NCBI GenBank assembly: GCA_963708525.1
Contig: CAVPTH010000028.1
Location: 16,873 to 80,872 of the forward strand
Length of the DNA: 64,000 nt
Direction of reading: 5' to 3'
Source of the DNA: an uncultured Verrucomicrobiae bacterium
Lineage (GTDB): Bacteria; Verrucomicrobiota; Verrucomicrobiia; Limisphaerales; UBA11358
In this document: piece after piece, positions 20,187 to 31,599 of the stretch
Position numbering within the stretch: position 1 is the stretch's first letter
Layout: each line of letters opens with the position of its first letter
The notes under the pieces: generated by a model
Told to the model about the DNA's origin: nothing
Database searches by the model: none
The model's input: only the letters and a program-made list of their open reading frames with translations
Made by a program: the position numbers and the translations under genes

Positions 20187-20912
20187 CGGTCCGGCTACGG
20201 CGGCCAGCTTCAAAAACGGAATCACTTTTTTCTCCAATTCCACCGGCGTCAATTTCAAAACTTCGGCCAGCGGTGTTGCCCCGGCCACATCGAATTTGCC
20301 CGAGGCAGTCCGGCGAAGCGCAGCCAGATGCGCTCCGCAACCCAGTTTCTGGCCAAGTTCATGCGCAATACTTCGTACATAAGTACCCTTGGTGCAAGCA
20401 ATTGTAAAACTCCCCAACGGCTCGCGGTAATCCGAGAAGCGGAAGTTGTAAATGTGAACCAGCCGCGGTTTGCGTTCAACTTCAATTCCCTTGCGCGCCA
20501 GTTTGTAGAGCGGCACGCCGTCCTTTTTTATGGCGGAAACCATTGGTGGCGTTTGCATCAGGTCGCCAACGTACCCCGCCACCGCTTCATTCAGTTGGCC
20601 GGAGTTCAGCGGTGGGACCGGCCAGGTCCCGGTGATTTCACCGTCGGCATCATAGCTGTCCGTCGCCTCCCCCAATTTGATGGTGCCCTCATAGACCTTG
20701 TCCTCGCCCATCAATTTTTCCGAGAGCTTGGTGCCGCGGCCGAGCACGATGATGAGCAGGCCGGTGGCATTCGGGTCGAGTGTGCCGCAATGGCCGACTT
20801 TTTTGATGCCGAACCGGCGGCGGATGGCATCCACCACATCGTGCGACGTGGGACCGGCCGGCTTGTCAATCAGAATGGCGCCGTCGAGCGGGGAGAATTC
20901 TTGCATGAGCAA
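20181..20912 (-). CDS. truB: tRNA pseudouridine(55) synthase
   Basis: DKPAGPTSHD, GHCGTLDP, GTYVRS. Confidence 0.95.
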   Translation of the reverse strand: MLMQEFSPLDGAILIDKPAGPTSHDVVDAIRRRFGIKKVGHCGTLDPNATGLLIIVLGRGTKLSEKLMGEDKVYEGTIKLGEATDSYDADGEITGTWPVPPLNSGQLNEAVAGYVGDLMQTPPMVSAIKKDGVPLYKLARKGIEVERKPRLVHIYNFRFSDYREPLGSFTIACTKGTYVRSIAHELGQKLGCGAHLAALRRTASGKFDVAGATPLAEVLKLTPVELEKKVIPFLKLAAVAGPN

Positions 20913-21896
20913 TCACTTGACGGAATTCAAGGCGCGCTTGACGGCGGCGATAACCTGGCGTTGGACGGAGAGCGGTTTGCCGGGAATGCGCGCGCCGGCG
21001 GCCGCCGGGTGGCCGCCGCCGCCAAATTGCTCGGCAATATCACTCACGTTGACCTTGTCACTTTTGGACCGGAGGCTGATGCGCGTCAGTTCCGGCTCAA
21101 TTTCCTCGAAGACGCAGGCCACCACCACCGGTGCGATGTCGCGGATGTGGTCAATCAAGCCTTCGGTTTGGTCGCCTTCGGACCCGGCGCGGGAAAAATC
21201 CGCTTTCCGGAGCCAGAAATAAGCAATCTGGTTCCGGTGAGTCAGGTGGAAATGATTGTAAACGTGTTTCAGCAACCGGACCCGGGAGAGGGGATAGGAT
21301 TGGTAAACCTCGTCGCAAATTCTGGCCAGATCCGCGCCGCGCGTGACGAGTTCCGCGCCAACATGGAACGTGCCGGGCCGGGTGGTGGGGTATTGAAATG
21401 ACCCGGTATCGGTGGAAACGGCGGTGAAGAGGCAATCGGCAATCGGCTTGGTGATGGGCCAGCGTGCGACTTTGAGCAGGCGATAAATCAATTCGCCGGT
21501 CGAAGCCTCACGAGCCGAGACCCAATTGATATCACCGTAACGGGTGTTGCTTTCGTGATGGTCAATATTGATGAGGATTTTCCGGTGCACGACACACTTG
21601 CCGGCTTTGCCCAGGCGCTCAAAACTGGCGCAGTCCGCGGCGATGACGCAGTCGAATTTCTTTCCTCGCTTCGGTTTTTGGAACAGGCCGTCGCGATTGA
21701 GAAAGCGGTATTTATCGGGAACCACGTCCTCGTTCCAGCAAACCACCCGTTTGCCTTCATTTTGCAGGGCCAGGGCCAGGCCAAGCTGGGAACCAACACA
21801 ATCGCCGTCGGGCCGGATATGTCCGACGATGCAGAACGTCCTGTTTTGACGGACTGCCTCCAGGATGCGGTCAATGATTCGGGGATAACTTTTCAC
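20913..21896 (-). CDS. nrnA: DHH-family oligoribonuclease / PAP phosphatase
   Basis: HIRPDGD, IDHH, TDTGSF, GGGGHPAAAGA. Confidence 0.9.
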   Translation of the reverse strand: MKSYPRIIDRILEAVRQNRTFCIVGHIRPDGDCVGSQLGLALALQNEGKRVVCWNEDVVPDKYRFLNRDGLFQKPKRGKKFDCVIAADCASFERLGKAGKCVVHRKILINIDHHESNTRYGDINWVSAREASTGELIYRLLKVARWPITKPIADCLFTAVSTDTGSFQYPTTRPGTFHVGAELVTRGADLARICDEVYQSYPLSRVRLLKHVYNHFHLTHRNQIAYFWLRKADFSRAGSEGDQTEGLIDHIRDIAPVVVACVFEEIEPELTRISLRSKSDKVNVSDIAEQFGGGGHPAAAGARIPGKPLSVQRQVIAAVKRALNSVK

Positions 21897-22264
21897 GTTT
21901 GCTCGTTGTCGTCACCCGCGGTGTTTTTCTCCAATTCCTCAATGATTTGCAGGACGCGATTGCCGCGCACGATGGAATCGTCAAAGGCAAATTTCAGTTT
22001 GGGCGTAAACTTCAGGACAATGGCGCGAGCCACCAATCCCTGGATGCGGATACGATGCTCGTTAAGCATCTGGAAGCCGCGTTTCTGCTGGTCGGGATTG
22101 CCCAGGATGCTGATGAACACCGTGGCCGATTTGAGATCGCCGGCCACGTCCACGTCGTTCACCGAGATCAACCCGCATTCGCGCACGTGAAATTCGCGGC
22201 GGATCGCTTCGCCAATTTCGCGCTTCAACAGCTCGCGCACACGCTGGAGTCGGAGAGAAGGCAT
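21893..22264 (-). CDS. rbfA: Ribosome-binding factor A
   Basis: DLKSATVF, PKLKFAFDDSI; downstream of infB. Confidence 0.92.
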   Translation of the reverse strand: MPSLRLQRVRELLKREIGEAIRREFHVRECGLISVNDVDVAGDLKSATVFISILGNPDQQKRGFQMLNEHRIRIQGLVARAIVLKFTPKLKFAFDDSIVRGNRVLQIIEELEKNTAGDDNEQT

Positions 22265-22272
22265 GGATCAGA

Positions 22273-22383
22273 AATGGATTGGTGGATTGATGGATCGATG
22301 GATTGGTGTGGTCGAGACGCCAGGGCAGCGAAAACCTTCGCTGCCGAACAATCCCGTAATCCAATGATCCATTACCCCGTCAT
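22273..22383. repeat. Empty octamer inverted cassette (GATGGATT…AATCCAAT)
   Basis: aatggatt ggtggatt gatggatc gatggatt … aatcccgt aatccaat gatccatt. Confidence 0.75.
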
Positions 22384-24747
22384 TCATAGCTTGGCCGCTG
22401 TTTTCTCAAGGGAATAACTTTCAATCACGTCGCCGACCTGAAAATCGCTGTAGCCTTCAATGCGGATGCCGCATTCCATGCCTGCCCGAACCTCGTTCAC
22501 CTCATCCTGGAACCGGCGCAGGGATTGAGCGATGCCTTCGAATACTACGTCCTTGCGTCGCCGTACTCGAACCTTGCCTTTGACGATCCGACCCGTAGAA
22601 ACCATGCAACCGGCGACCGGAGCGCCCTTGGATAATTCGAAAATCTGCCGCACTTCGGCCGAGCCGACCACACTTTCCTTGACGACCGGTTCGAGCAAGC
22701 CGGCCATCGCCTCCTTCACCTGATCGATCAATTCGTAAATGATCGCGTACAGTTTGATCTGGACGCTTTCGTGCTTGGCTTTTTCCGCGGCGGTACTGTC
22801 CACGCGCGTGTGAAACCCCAGGATCACGGCGTTGGAGGCAGAAGCCAGCGCCACATCGTTTTCGGTGACAGTGCCCACGTCGCTGTGGATGATTTCGAGC
22901 GAGACCTTTTCCGCCTCGATTTTTTTGAGGGCGTCCACAATCGCCTCGACCGATCCTTGCGCGTCGGCCTTGACCACCACTTTGAGGACTTTGCTTTGTT
23001 CCGCGGCGAGCGTGGCGAAAAGATTTTCCAACGTGACCTTTTTGTCCTCCTGGCCGGCGGCCTTCGCTATCAGAAAACGTTGCTCCGCCAGTTCGCGAGC
23101 GGCCTTTTCATCCTCGACCACGCTGAACTCCAGGCCGGCGTCTGGCACGCCGTTCAAACCGAGGACTCTTACCGCGACGGATGGGCCGGCTTCCTTGAGC
23201 CGACTGCCTTCCTCGCTGATCAGGGCGCGTACCCGGCCGTAAAACTCGCCGCACAGGATGATATCACCGACGCGTAACGTGCCCTTGCGTACCAGGACTG
23301 TCGCCGTCGGGCCACCCGGCTCGACCCCGGATTCTATCACATTGCCTTTGGCACGGCGGTTGGGGTTGGCCTTCAACTCCAGCAATTCCGACTGGAGCAA
23401 AATCATTTCCAGCAACTTGTCGATGCCCTGCTTGGTCAGGCCCGAAACATCCACGAAAATGGTGTCGCCCCCCCAGTCGTCCGGTACCAGCTCTTTATCC
23501 TGCAATTGCTGACGGACTTTAAGGGGATTTGCGTTCGGATGATCGATTTTATTGACGGCGACCAGAATCGGAACCTTGGCCGCTTTGGCATGATTCAGGG
23601 CCTCGAGGGTTTGTGGCATCACGCCGTCGTTGGCGGCGACGACCAGCACGACGAGGTCCGTCACGTTGGCGCCACGTGCGCGCATGGAGCTGAACGCCGC
23701 GTGCCCGGGTGTGTCCAGGAACGTAATCTGGGCCAGTTCGTTTTTACGTTCCGGATGCGGCACGGCAATCGTGTACGCGCCGATGTGCTGGGTGATCCCC
23801 CCCGCCTCGCCCGCCGCGACGTTGGCTTTGCGGATGACGTCCAACAACGTGGTTTTGCCGTGGTCAACGTGTCCCATAATGGTCACGACCGGGGCGCGCG
23901 GCCTGAGGTCTTCCGGCTTGTCTTCCACGTCGAGTTCAACCTTCTTGATGGGGGCATGGACCGCGCCACCACCGCGTTCACGTTTTTCCACCTCGAACCG
24001 GAAACCGTATTTGGCGCAAAGTTGCTGCGCAATCTTTTCATCAATCGCCTGGTTGACATTGGCAAAAACACCCAGCTCCATCAAATCGGCAATGATTTTG
24101 AACGGCTTTTGCTTGAGCTGAACGGCCAGTTCGCGCACGACAATCGGCGGTTTGATGATGATGACTTCGCCGGTTTCCGGCGCGACAAATTTGGGCGCGG
24201 CCGTTGGCCCGGCCGGTTTGGGGGCAGGCTTCGGCGCGGCGGCAGGAGCCGCACCCGGTCTGCCGTGTCTTGTGAAATGCGTTGTACCCGTACCGGCCGG
24301 TTTAGGCGCGGGCCGGACGTGACCTGGCACCCGGGGCGCGGGCCTTTGTGGCAATTGAATAAATCCGACCTTTTCACCGAGTTTCGGTCCCGCCGGTTTG
24401 GGCGGGGGTGGCGGCGGGGCTTCAATGACCGGCGGCGGCGCCACGGCGGCTTTTACCGGTTCGACTTTGATTTCCGGTTTGGGCTCCGGTGGTGGCGCGG
24501 TGATGAGGACGATTTTTTCCTCGACCGGCGGGGGTTTGGGTTTTTCGACGACAGGTGCCGGCGCAAATTTGGCGGCAACTTCAGGATGTTCCTTGAACAG
24601 TTCCTCTTCGAGGAACTCGGCACTGATCTTGTCAAGCGAGCTGGATGGGACCTTCGCGGCGGCAATGCCCAGCGCTTTGGCCTTGGCGAGAATCACCTTG
24701 TTCTCCAGGCCGAGCTTTTTCGAGATGTCGTATATCCGAACGGGCAT
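22384..24747 (-). CDS. infB: Translation initiation factor IF-2
   Basis: [26 protein letters not shown]. Confidence 0.97.
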   Translation of the reverse strand: MPVRIYDISKKLGLENKVILAKAKALGIAAAKVPSSSLDKISAEFLEEELFKEHPEVAAKFAPAPVVEKPKPPPVEEKIVLITAPPPEPKPEIKVEPVKAAVAPPPVIEAPPPPPPKPAGPKLGEKVGFIQLPQRPAPRVPGHVRPAPKPAGTGTTHFTRHGRPGAAPAAAPKPAPKPAGPTAAPKFVAPETGEVIIIKPPIVVRELAVQLKQKPFKIIADLMELGVFANVNQAIDEKIAQQLCAKYGFRFEVEKRERGGGAVHAPIKKVELDVEDKPEDLRPRAPVVTIMGHVDHGKTTLLDVIRKANVAAGEAGGITQHIGAYTIAVPHPERKNELAQITFLDTPGHAAFSSMRARGANVTDLVVLVVAANDGVMPQTLEALNHAKAAKVPILVAVNKIDHPNANPLKVRQQLQDKELVPDDWGGDTIFVDVSGLTKQGIDKLLEMILLQSELLELKANPNRRAKGNVIESGVEPGGPTATVLVRKGTLRVGDIILCGEFYGRVRALISEEGSRLKEAGPSVAVRVLGLNGVPDAGLEFSVVEDEKAARELAEQRFLIAKAAGQEDKKVTLENLFATLAAEQSKVLKVVVKADAQGSVEAIVDALKKIEAEKVSLEIIHSDVGTVTENDVALASASNAVILGFHTRVDSTAAEKAKHESVQIKLYAIIYELIDQVKEAMAGLLEPVVKESVVGSAEVRQIFELSKGAPVAGCMVSTGRIVKGKVRVRRRKDVVFEGIAQSLRRFQDEVNEVRAGMECGIRIEGYSDFQVGDVIESYSLEKTAAKL

Positions 24748-24836
24748 AATTTTTCACTTTCACCGACCGAAATGTGCGAAACGCCTTCATGGCTAAGGCA
24801 CGGAAACAAACGTGGTTTCGGTCCGCGTCATAAATC

Positions 24837-26141
24837 TCAACTGTTGACCCCGACGCCGGCGTCGGGATTCACGGGCGCTTCGCCCACTTTCAAAGTGCGG
24901 CGTTCCGCCTCTGCGCGTGCCGCCTTCAAAATTTCCGCCGCGTGCTCACCCACCTGGGGCACGCTGCCTAAATCCGCTTCATCCGCCTGCAACAAATCTT
25001 CGAGCCGGGTCAGACCGGCATGCACCAGCGCGTCCGCCTGTTCGCGCGAGATGCCCGGGATGGCCGCCAGTGATTCAACGGCCTCGGCAACCTTTTCCTC
25101 AAATCCTTTTGTGACAACGACTTCTGCATCGATATCCACCTCCCAGCCGGTGAGCTTGGCGGTCAAACGCGCATTCTGTCCGCGTTTGCCGATGGCGAGC
25201 GAAAGCTGATCTTCACTGACCATGATCTTCACGCGCTTGTTGGTTTCATCAATTTCAAAATTCTTCAGTTTGGCGGGCGCGAGTGCGTTGGTAATGAAGG
25301 TGCGGACGTCCGGCGACCACGGGATGACGTCTACTTTCTCGTTGTTGAGTTCGCGGACGATGTTCTTGACGCGCTGGCCGCGCATGCCGACGCAGGCGCC
25401 CACGGGGTCCACTTTGCTGTCGCGCGAATAAACGGCCATCTTGGTGCGGAAACCCGGTTCGCGCGCGATACCCTTGATTTCAATTGTGCCGTCGTTGATT
25501 TCGGATACTTCGAGCTGGAACAACTTGATGACGAACCGGGGGTCGGCGCGGGACAAAATGATTTCCGGCCCATGCGGGCCCTGCTCGACGGCTTTGACGT
25601 AACAGCGGATGCGTTCTCCGACCTGATATTCCTCGGTGGGCACCCGCTCGCGGTTGGGCAGCAACGCTTCGTATTTGCCGAGATCCAGAATGACGTCCGA
25701 ACGTTCAAATCGCCGCACCGTGCCGCTGATAATGTCGCCGACGCGGTCTTTGAATTCGGTGAAAATCAGCGCTTTCTCGGCCTGGCGGATTTTCTGCATG
25801 AGCGCCTGTTTGGCGTACTGCGAGGCGATGCGGCCGAACCCGGTCGGGGTCACTTCCTTTTCAACCTCATCGCCGATTTGCGCATCCGGTTTGATCCGGC
25901 GGGCGTCAAAGACAGAAATCTGGTCGTGCTGGGAGATGACGCGGTCGGAAACGATGAGTTTGGCGAAGGCCTTGATATCGCCGTTTTTCTGGTCAATCTC
26001 AACGCGCAATTCGCGGGCCGGGCCGACCGCCTTTTTGGCGGCGGACAGCAAGGCATCCTGAACAGCGCCGACCAGGACATCACGGTTGATGCCCTTTTCG
26101 CGCTCCCAGAACTCCAAAACAGCCAGAAAATCAGCGTTCAT
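24837..26141 (-). CDS. nusA: Transcription factor NusA
   Basis: FGRIA, AREPGFRTK, DPVGACVGMRG, LAIGKRGQNARL; start at MNADF. Confidence 0.96.
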   Translation of the reverse strand: MNADFLAVLEFWEREKGINRDVLVGAVQDALLSAAKKAVGPARELRVEIDQKNGDIKAFAKLIVSDRVISQHDQISVFDARRIKPDAQIGDEVEKEVTPTGFGRIASQYAKQALMQKIRQAEKALIFTEFKDRVGDIISGTVRRFERSDVILDLGKYEALLPNRERVPTEEYQVGERIRCYVKAVEQGPHGPEIILSRADPRFVIKLFQLEVSEINDGTIEIKGIAREPGFRTKMAVYSRDSKVDPVGACVGMRGQRVKNIVRELNNEKVDVIPWSPDVRTFITNALAPAKLKNFEIDETNKRVKIMVSEDQLSLAIGKRGQNARLTAKLTGWEVDIDAEVVVTKGFEEKVAEAVESLAAIPGISREQADALVHAGLTRLEDLLQADEADLGSVPQVGEHAAEILKAARAEAERRTLKVGEAPVNPDAGVGVNS

Positions 26142-26171
26142 ACACTCGACGCGGTATTCCCATACAGGGAA

Positions 26172-26205
26172 CAAAAAAGTCGGAGATATGTATCTTCCGA
26201 CTTTC
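26172..26205 (-). terminator. Intrinsic terminator / attenuator in the nusA leader
   Basis: aaagtcggaag-loop-ctccgacttttt followed by a U-tract, ~30 nt before the nusA ATG. Confidence 0.65.
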
Positions 26206-26511
26206 GCACGCTGGTCGAACCAGCAAACTTTACCGCTCTTGAACTATAAGCTTAGTTTTTTTTCCGGAAACCGTCAAGTGCAAAGGAACCCGCATAAAAA
26301 CAGGGGAAAGTGGAGATCGCATTCGAAAAACGCACCAACCGTGCCACATTGCGAATGGGCCGGGAGGAACGACGCGAACGGGAGAGGCAAGAGCTACCCT
26401 GACGATCGATTTCCAGATTGACAGCCATCACTTCGAGCAGATGCTTTTGCACAGTCACGATGAGTACGAAAAAACCTGCCATGTCGGACGCTTCCCTCAT
26501 CCCTGTCATGG

Positions 26512-27024
26512 TTGTCCGTGATTCTCAAAACCAATGACGTACTTATGAGAATGTTCTCCTCATCGCACCTTCTCTTAGTTGGACCCCTCGCACTCGGGCT
26601 GCTTTTGACCGGTTGCAAAGGCTGGTCGGTTTCCCAATGCGTCTCCCCCCGGGTCACGGGGCGCGTTCTCGACGGCGAAACCCGCCAGCCTCTGGAACGC
26701 GTCGAGGTCCAGCGGGCCGGGGCCCGGCCGCATCGTCCCAACGATGAGCCTGTCAAAGGCGGCACGTTGCTGCAAAAGGCTCCGCGTATTGTACTCACGA
26801 GCGCGGATGGCTCATTTACATTGGACGCCGTCTACAGTGTCGCCGCCTTTCAGGTTCTGAGTTGGAGTTCCGTGAATGTGCAGTTTCGTCACGCCGGTTA
26901 TCTTGCCCTTACGACCAATCTTACAAGCTCCCTGGTATCCTCCAATTCCGGAGAAGTACCTTGCCTTAACGCTGGCGATGTCTTGCTGCAACGCAAGAAA
27001 TCCACCGCGGTTATCGGCGATTAG
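26512..27024 (+). CDS. Hypothetical lipoprotein with carboxypeptidase-regulatory-like beta domain
   Basis: LLLTGC lipobox; VTGRVLDGET…TSADGSF…AGY; true start probably downstream of the GTG. Confidence 0.6.
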   Translation: MSVILKTNDVLMRMFSSSHLLLVGPLALGLLLTGCKGWSVSQCVSPRVTGRVLDGETRQPLERVEVQRAGARPHRPNDEPVKGGTLLQKAPRIVLTSADGSFTLDAVYSVAAFQVLSWSSVNVQFRHAGYLALTTNLTSSLVSSNSGEVPCLNAGDVLLQRKKSTAVIGD

Positions 27025-29529
27025 TGGTCGGATTCGCCTGCGAACGAGGGAGGCGCGCTGGCAGGGTCACTGCCCCAGTTGGTGTTTGGCGTGGCGGCCA
27101 GCTTGTAGGCAAGCGTACCACCGTGCGCAATATCGGGGAAACGCAGCCACGGCTTGGTCCAGGTCTGACCGTTCACGGTCAGGCTTTGAACGTAAGGCGC
27201 GTTGGCGGCGGCGCCCTGACCAAGGATGGTAACGTCGCCTTCCGGCAGGTGCAGCACGGCTTTGGGAAACAACGGGCTGTCTAGAACGAGGATATCCGAG
27301 CCGGGCAGTTCGGGATACATGCCGAGGGCAGCGAAGACATACCATGACGACATTTGGCCGAGGTCATCGTTGCCGGGGTAGCCGTGCGGGGCGGCGGAAA
27401 AAAATTGTGTTATCGCCTGGCGCACGACGTTTTGGGTTTTATAAGGCTGACCCAGAAAACAATATTCCCAGGGAGTTTCGAGACAAGGTTCGTTGCCGAG
27501 ATATGCGTAGGCGGTATTGACGCCGGCATTCAATTCAGTGAAGAATTGATCCAGGCGAATGCCGGCGGTTTGCGCGCCGCCCATCAGGGAAAAAAGCTTC
27601 TCCAGGTTGAACGGCACCATCCAGACATATTGCCCGGCAGTCCCTTCCACGTAAGCCTGATTGCCGTTATAACCTTCAACGTCATTCATAAAACCGGGCG
27701 CCCAGGAACCATCCCGTTGACGCATTTGGAGAAAGCCGGATTCCGGATTAAACAGATTGGTCCAGTTCTGTGCCTGGCGCAGGAGCAGGACACTGTTCGT
27801 TTGATCGCCCAGCGCCCGGGCGAATTGCGACAACGCAAAATCCGCGGAGACATATTCGAGGGTCATGGAAACATTGCCGTAACCGCCGAGTTGAAATTCC
27901 GGCACGTAACCCAGCTTAAGATAATCGGCCAGCGCGTCCCGTTCGTAGGTGCCGGTGCGCGCGGCGTAGACTGAAGGGTCGGTTGCGGCCCGGACCAGTC
28001 CGGCCAGCGTCGCGCGGGTGTCAAAATTCGTCGCGCCGAAAGCGTAAAAGTCGGCAATGATCGGTGCGGCGGGGTCGCCCATCATGACACCGCTGTCTTC
28101 ATTGGGCACGCCCCAACGCGGGAACGTGCCGCCTTGCTGATAGTCCAGCAACAAGGATTGCGCCATGTCACCGGCGCGTTGCGGATCCAACATGGCCAGT
28201 AACTGGCTTTCGCTGCGATAAATATCCCAGCCCGAAAAATTGGCATATTGCACGCGGTGATCTTCCGTGCGATGCACCTGGCCGTCGTAGCCCATGTATT
28301 CGCCGTTCGCGTCCGAACAGATAGTCGGGCCGAGAAAGACGCGGTAGAGCATCGAATAAAACGTTTCCATCTCCGCAGTTGTACCGCCGCCGACTTGAAT
28401 CCGGTTCAGATACAGGTTCCAGGCCTGACCCGCAGTGGTCGCGGCCTGGTCAAAATCCTTCGATGAAAACGCAGATAACGGATTCTCCGCTTCCAGGTTG
28501 GCGCGCGCATTGGCGACGCTGACATAGGAAATCGCCACCTTGACCAGCACGGTCTGATCCGTCGGCGGATTGAAACTCACGAACGCGCCGGCAGCGCGGC
28601 CCATGGCATTCGTACCGCCGTTATCCAGGGAGGCATTGCCCCAGGTGCCATAACCGGCAAAGGGCTGGTTGAACATGGCGCAAAAATATGTCCGGCCTTC
28701 ATCCGGGCCGCCGCAGAAATGGCCTCCGACCGCCCAACCGGTGATTTCGTGTTGGTCAGGATGGATTTGAATGGCCGCTTGTCTGACGCCAGTCGCTGCA
28801 CTGGCCGCGTTAATGACCAGGGTGGCTTGGCCGCCGGTGGGATAGGTGAACCGGCCGAACCCGCTCCGTTCCGTTGCCGTCAATTCCACCTTGATACCGT
28901 TGCCGAGAGTGACGGCGTAATAACCGGGTTTGGCGGTCTCCTGGGCATGAGAAAATCCAGCGCTGAAAGCAGTACGGTTGCCGCCGGGTGAATCGCCCGG
29001 AGCGCTCAGAGCCGGCATGAAGGCGAAATTGCCGCCGTAATTGCAACCGGCTCCGCTGAGATGATCCAGACTGAACCCGCAGATGGTTGAATATTCGTAC
29101 GCATAGCCGCCGGAGTGCTGGCCCGACCCGGTATCCGGACTCCATTGAATCATCCCGAAGGGTGCGCTGACCCCGGGGTAGAGGTCGCCATCGGCGGCGG
29201 TGCCACACAGGGGTTTGGCGTACTGAAGCAAATCCTGGACGACATACGCTGGTGCAGTCGCAGATGCGGAATTGTCCGATCGGGTGCCCGGATGTTTGGC
29301 GCATGAAATGGTACCAATCGCGAGCAAGGCAATCAGGCAGAGCGTCAAGGGCAGGGGATTTAAGAGATTTGCCGGCCGCCGCTGAAGGAGACCTTCGAAA
29401 AGTTTCCCATTGACCGTAGCGGCGTCTCGGCAGAACGCCGCAAACTCCGAAAAGTTGAAAATGGCGGCTTTCTGCCGAAAGCCGCTACGCCTGTTTGGCG
29501 CCGAATTGGAAATAATTTCGAGATTCATA
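27021..29529 (-). CDS. GH92 alpha-mannosidase, probably a lipoprotein (start uncertain)
   Basis: PFGMIQWSPDT, FSGWDIYR, STLEY-like SMTLEY, EGTAGQY, GNEP, GNDDLGQMSSWYVF. Confidence 0.9.
29416..29488. repeat. REP-like doublet GTAG…CTAC
   Basis: gtagcggcgtctcggcagaacgccgc … gcggctttctgccgaaagccgctac. Confidence 0.8.
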
Positions 29530-29649
29530 GCGAATATCCGCACGATGTCGGAATTTGCATCATTGTCACGCCTGATTTTTCCACGAACCAACAATCCGTC
29601 AACTGTCCGAACGCAAACAGGAATCTCGGCACCAGCCGGTGGCCGGCCT

Positions 29650-29719
29650 GTAGCGGCGGTCTATGACCGCCGGATTCCTCGCGTTTTAAGATGTCTCGGC
29701 GCTCATAGTGCGCCGCTAC
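29650..29719. repeat. REP-like doublet GTAG…CTAC
   Basis: gtagcggcggtctatgaccgccg … cggcgctcatagtgcgccgctac. Confidence 0.8.
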
Positions 29720-29729
29720 ACGAGTCAAA

Positions 29730-31599
29730 TCAGGCACCGGCCGGGCCCGGCGGAGTCCGAAAGCTTCTCCACAGGGTCGGTGGCAACATTCCGAGAATGA
29801 TCAACAAAATCTGGCTCAGGACGAAGAAAAGCAAGTACCAGAACGCGGCGGCCATGAAACCATAGCTGTGCAAACCGATACCGAGCATGTTCACGCCGAA
29901 CCAGGACCAGCTCGTCACGATATTGCCGAAGATGACCATGTTCATCAGCCCGCGCTCGCGGATCAGGCCTCCCCAGCGCGCGTGCAGGATGGCGGCATTC
30001 CACAACACGATAAGCAGCGCGCCGTTTTCCTTGGGGTCCCAGCCCCAGAACCGGCCCCAGGATTGGTCGGCCCAGATGCCGCCGAGCACGGTGCCGGTGA
30101 AGCTGAACAGCGCGGCAAAACAAACGATGCCATAAGCCATCTTTGCCAGCACTTTGCCCAATTCCAAATTACCCGATTTATATTTCAACAAAGGCGTGAA
30201 CAGGCCGAGCAACACATACGTAACGCCGAGCAGCCCGGCCATGAAGGTTGAGGCATAACCGAGCGTGACGACGACAACGTGCGTGGCGAGCCAGAAATTG
30301 GTGTCCAACACCGCACGGAGCATTTCCATCGTGTCACCGTCCATCGACAGGTTATGGGCGATGATCAGCGTGATGAAACCTGCGAACGAGGCCACGGCGC
30401 TGCCGAGGCCAACGGCGAAGACGCGTTCCAGGATAATCCCCAGAACCACGCAACCCCAGCCGATAAAAATTGCCGACGAATACAGGTTCGTGACCGGTGG
30501 CCGGCCTTCGAGCCACATGCGAAACACCAGGCCGAACGTGTGGATGATGCCTCCCAGCACCACCAGCCAGAACGCGGAACGCCGGAAAATTTCGGAAAGG
30601 TTTCGGTGCCAGAGCAAACGTCAGCAGCGCAATGACCGCCAGCAAAAACGCCGTCACATAAATCACAATGGCCTTGTAGAACGGCTCGAATTCATTGAAG
30701 AAATACTCCTGCGCGCCGTGCCGGGCTTCCGGTGCGAACCATTGGCCGAGCCAATTGCGATAATTGTCCAGGGCCTGGTTGAAGGCGGCGGGCTGGTTTT
30801 GATTGTAGGCCGTGGCCATGGCCGCGTAATCCTTCACCGCCGGGCTGAGGTCGTTGCCCCGAACAACGCTCATCAGGTTCTGCCCGATGTTTTGCCAGTC
30901 GGCGCGGGATTTCGCATCCGAGGCCGGCGGAACCATGAGGGGATAGGCGTATTTTGACAGGTCGTTGTAGCTGGAGAGAAAGTCGAGCAGCCGGCTGAAG
31001 GCCGCCTGATCATACTTTTTGCCCGCTTCACGCGCCTGCGCCGCGGCCACGCCGTCGGGTATGGCCTGCTCATACGCCGCCAGTTGGCCCGCAAAATCGG
31101 TCGTGCCCGGCGGGCAAAGGCTCAATTTCAATCGCTGATCAATTTCCAGCGCGTTGTCGAGTTTCAGCAGCTGTTGTTCAAACACGGTGCGGTTGGCGTC
31201 TTCAACGTTGTTGATGCGCGCCGCCTGTTTGGAAATGTCGTCCAGGTGCGGCTGGATCTGGTCGAAGGAATAATATTTTTGCGCTTCCGGCAAATGCAGC
31301 AGGTTGAGCAGCTCCAGATTATCAATGCGGAAAATGTTCTGCCGGTTGGCGGCGTCCGGATTCATCATGGTTTCCATCAGCCACGCGGTGGCGCTCAGTT
31401 CGCCGACGCTTTGGCGCTGGCGGATTTGCAGGAGTGTGTTGCGCGCCACCGAATCGAGCGGCTGGATCCGTCCGTTCAACAAAACCGGCAACTGGCCAAA
31501 TTCGCGCGTGTGGAAACCGGTTTCCGGCGGGGGACGCAGCGCGGACAAAACCCACCCGGCAAAGACCGCGACCAGGATCCAGGGAATAATTTTTTTCAT
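29730..31599 (-). CDS. ccsA: System II cytochrome c synthase CcsA with large N-terminal periplasmic domain (frameshift near 30605)
   Basis: WLATHV, GGIWADQSWGRFWGWDPKE (WWD domain), GLHSY; N-terminal GRIQPLDS. Confidence 0.9.

Noticed and set aside
24180-24560. Pro/Ala/Lys-rich repeats in infB
   Set aside because: A normal variable IF-2 N-terminal linker.
17370-25209. Long plus-strand ORFs (17370-18902, 20328-21401, 23506-25209)
   Set aside because: Antisense shadows of rpoD, truB/nrnA and infB/nusA, expected in GC-rich coding DNA; no motifs.
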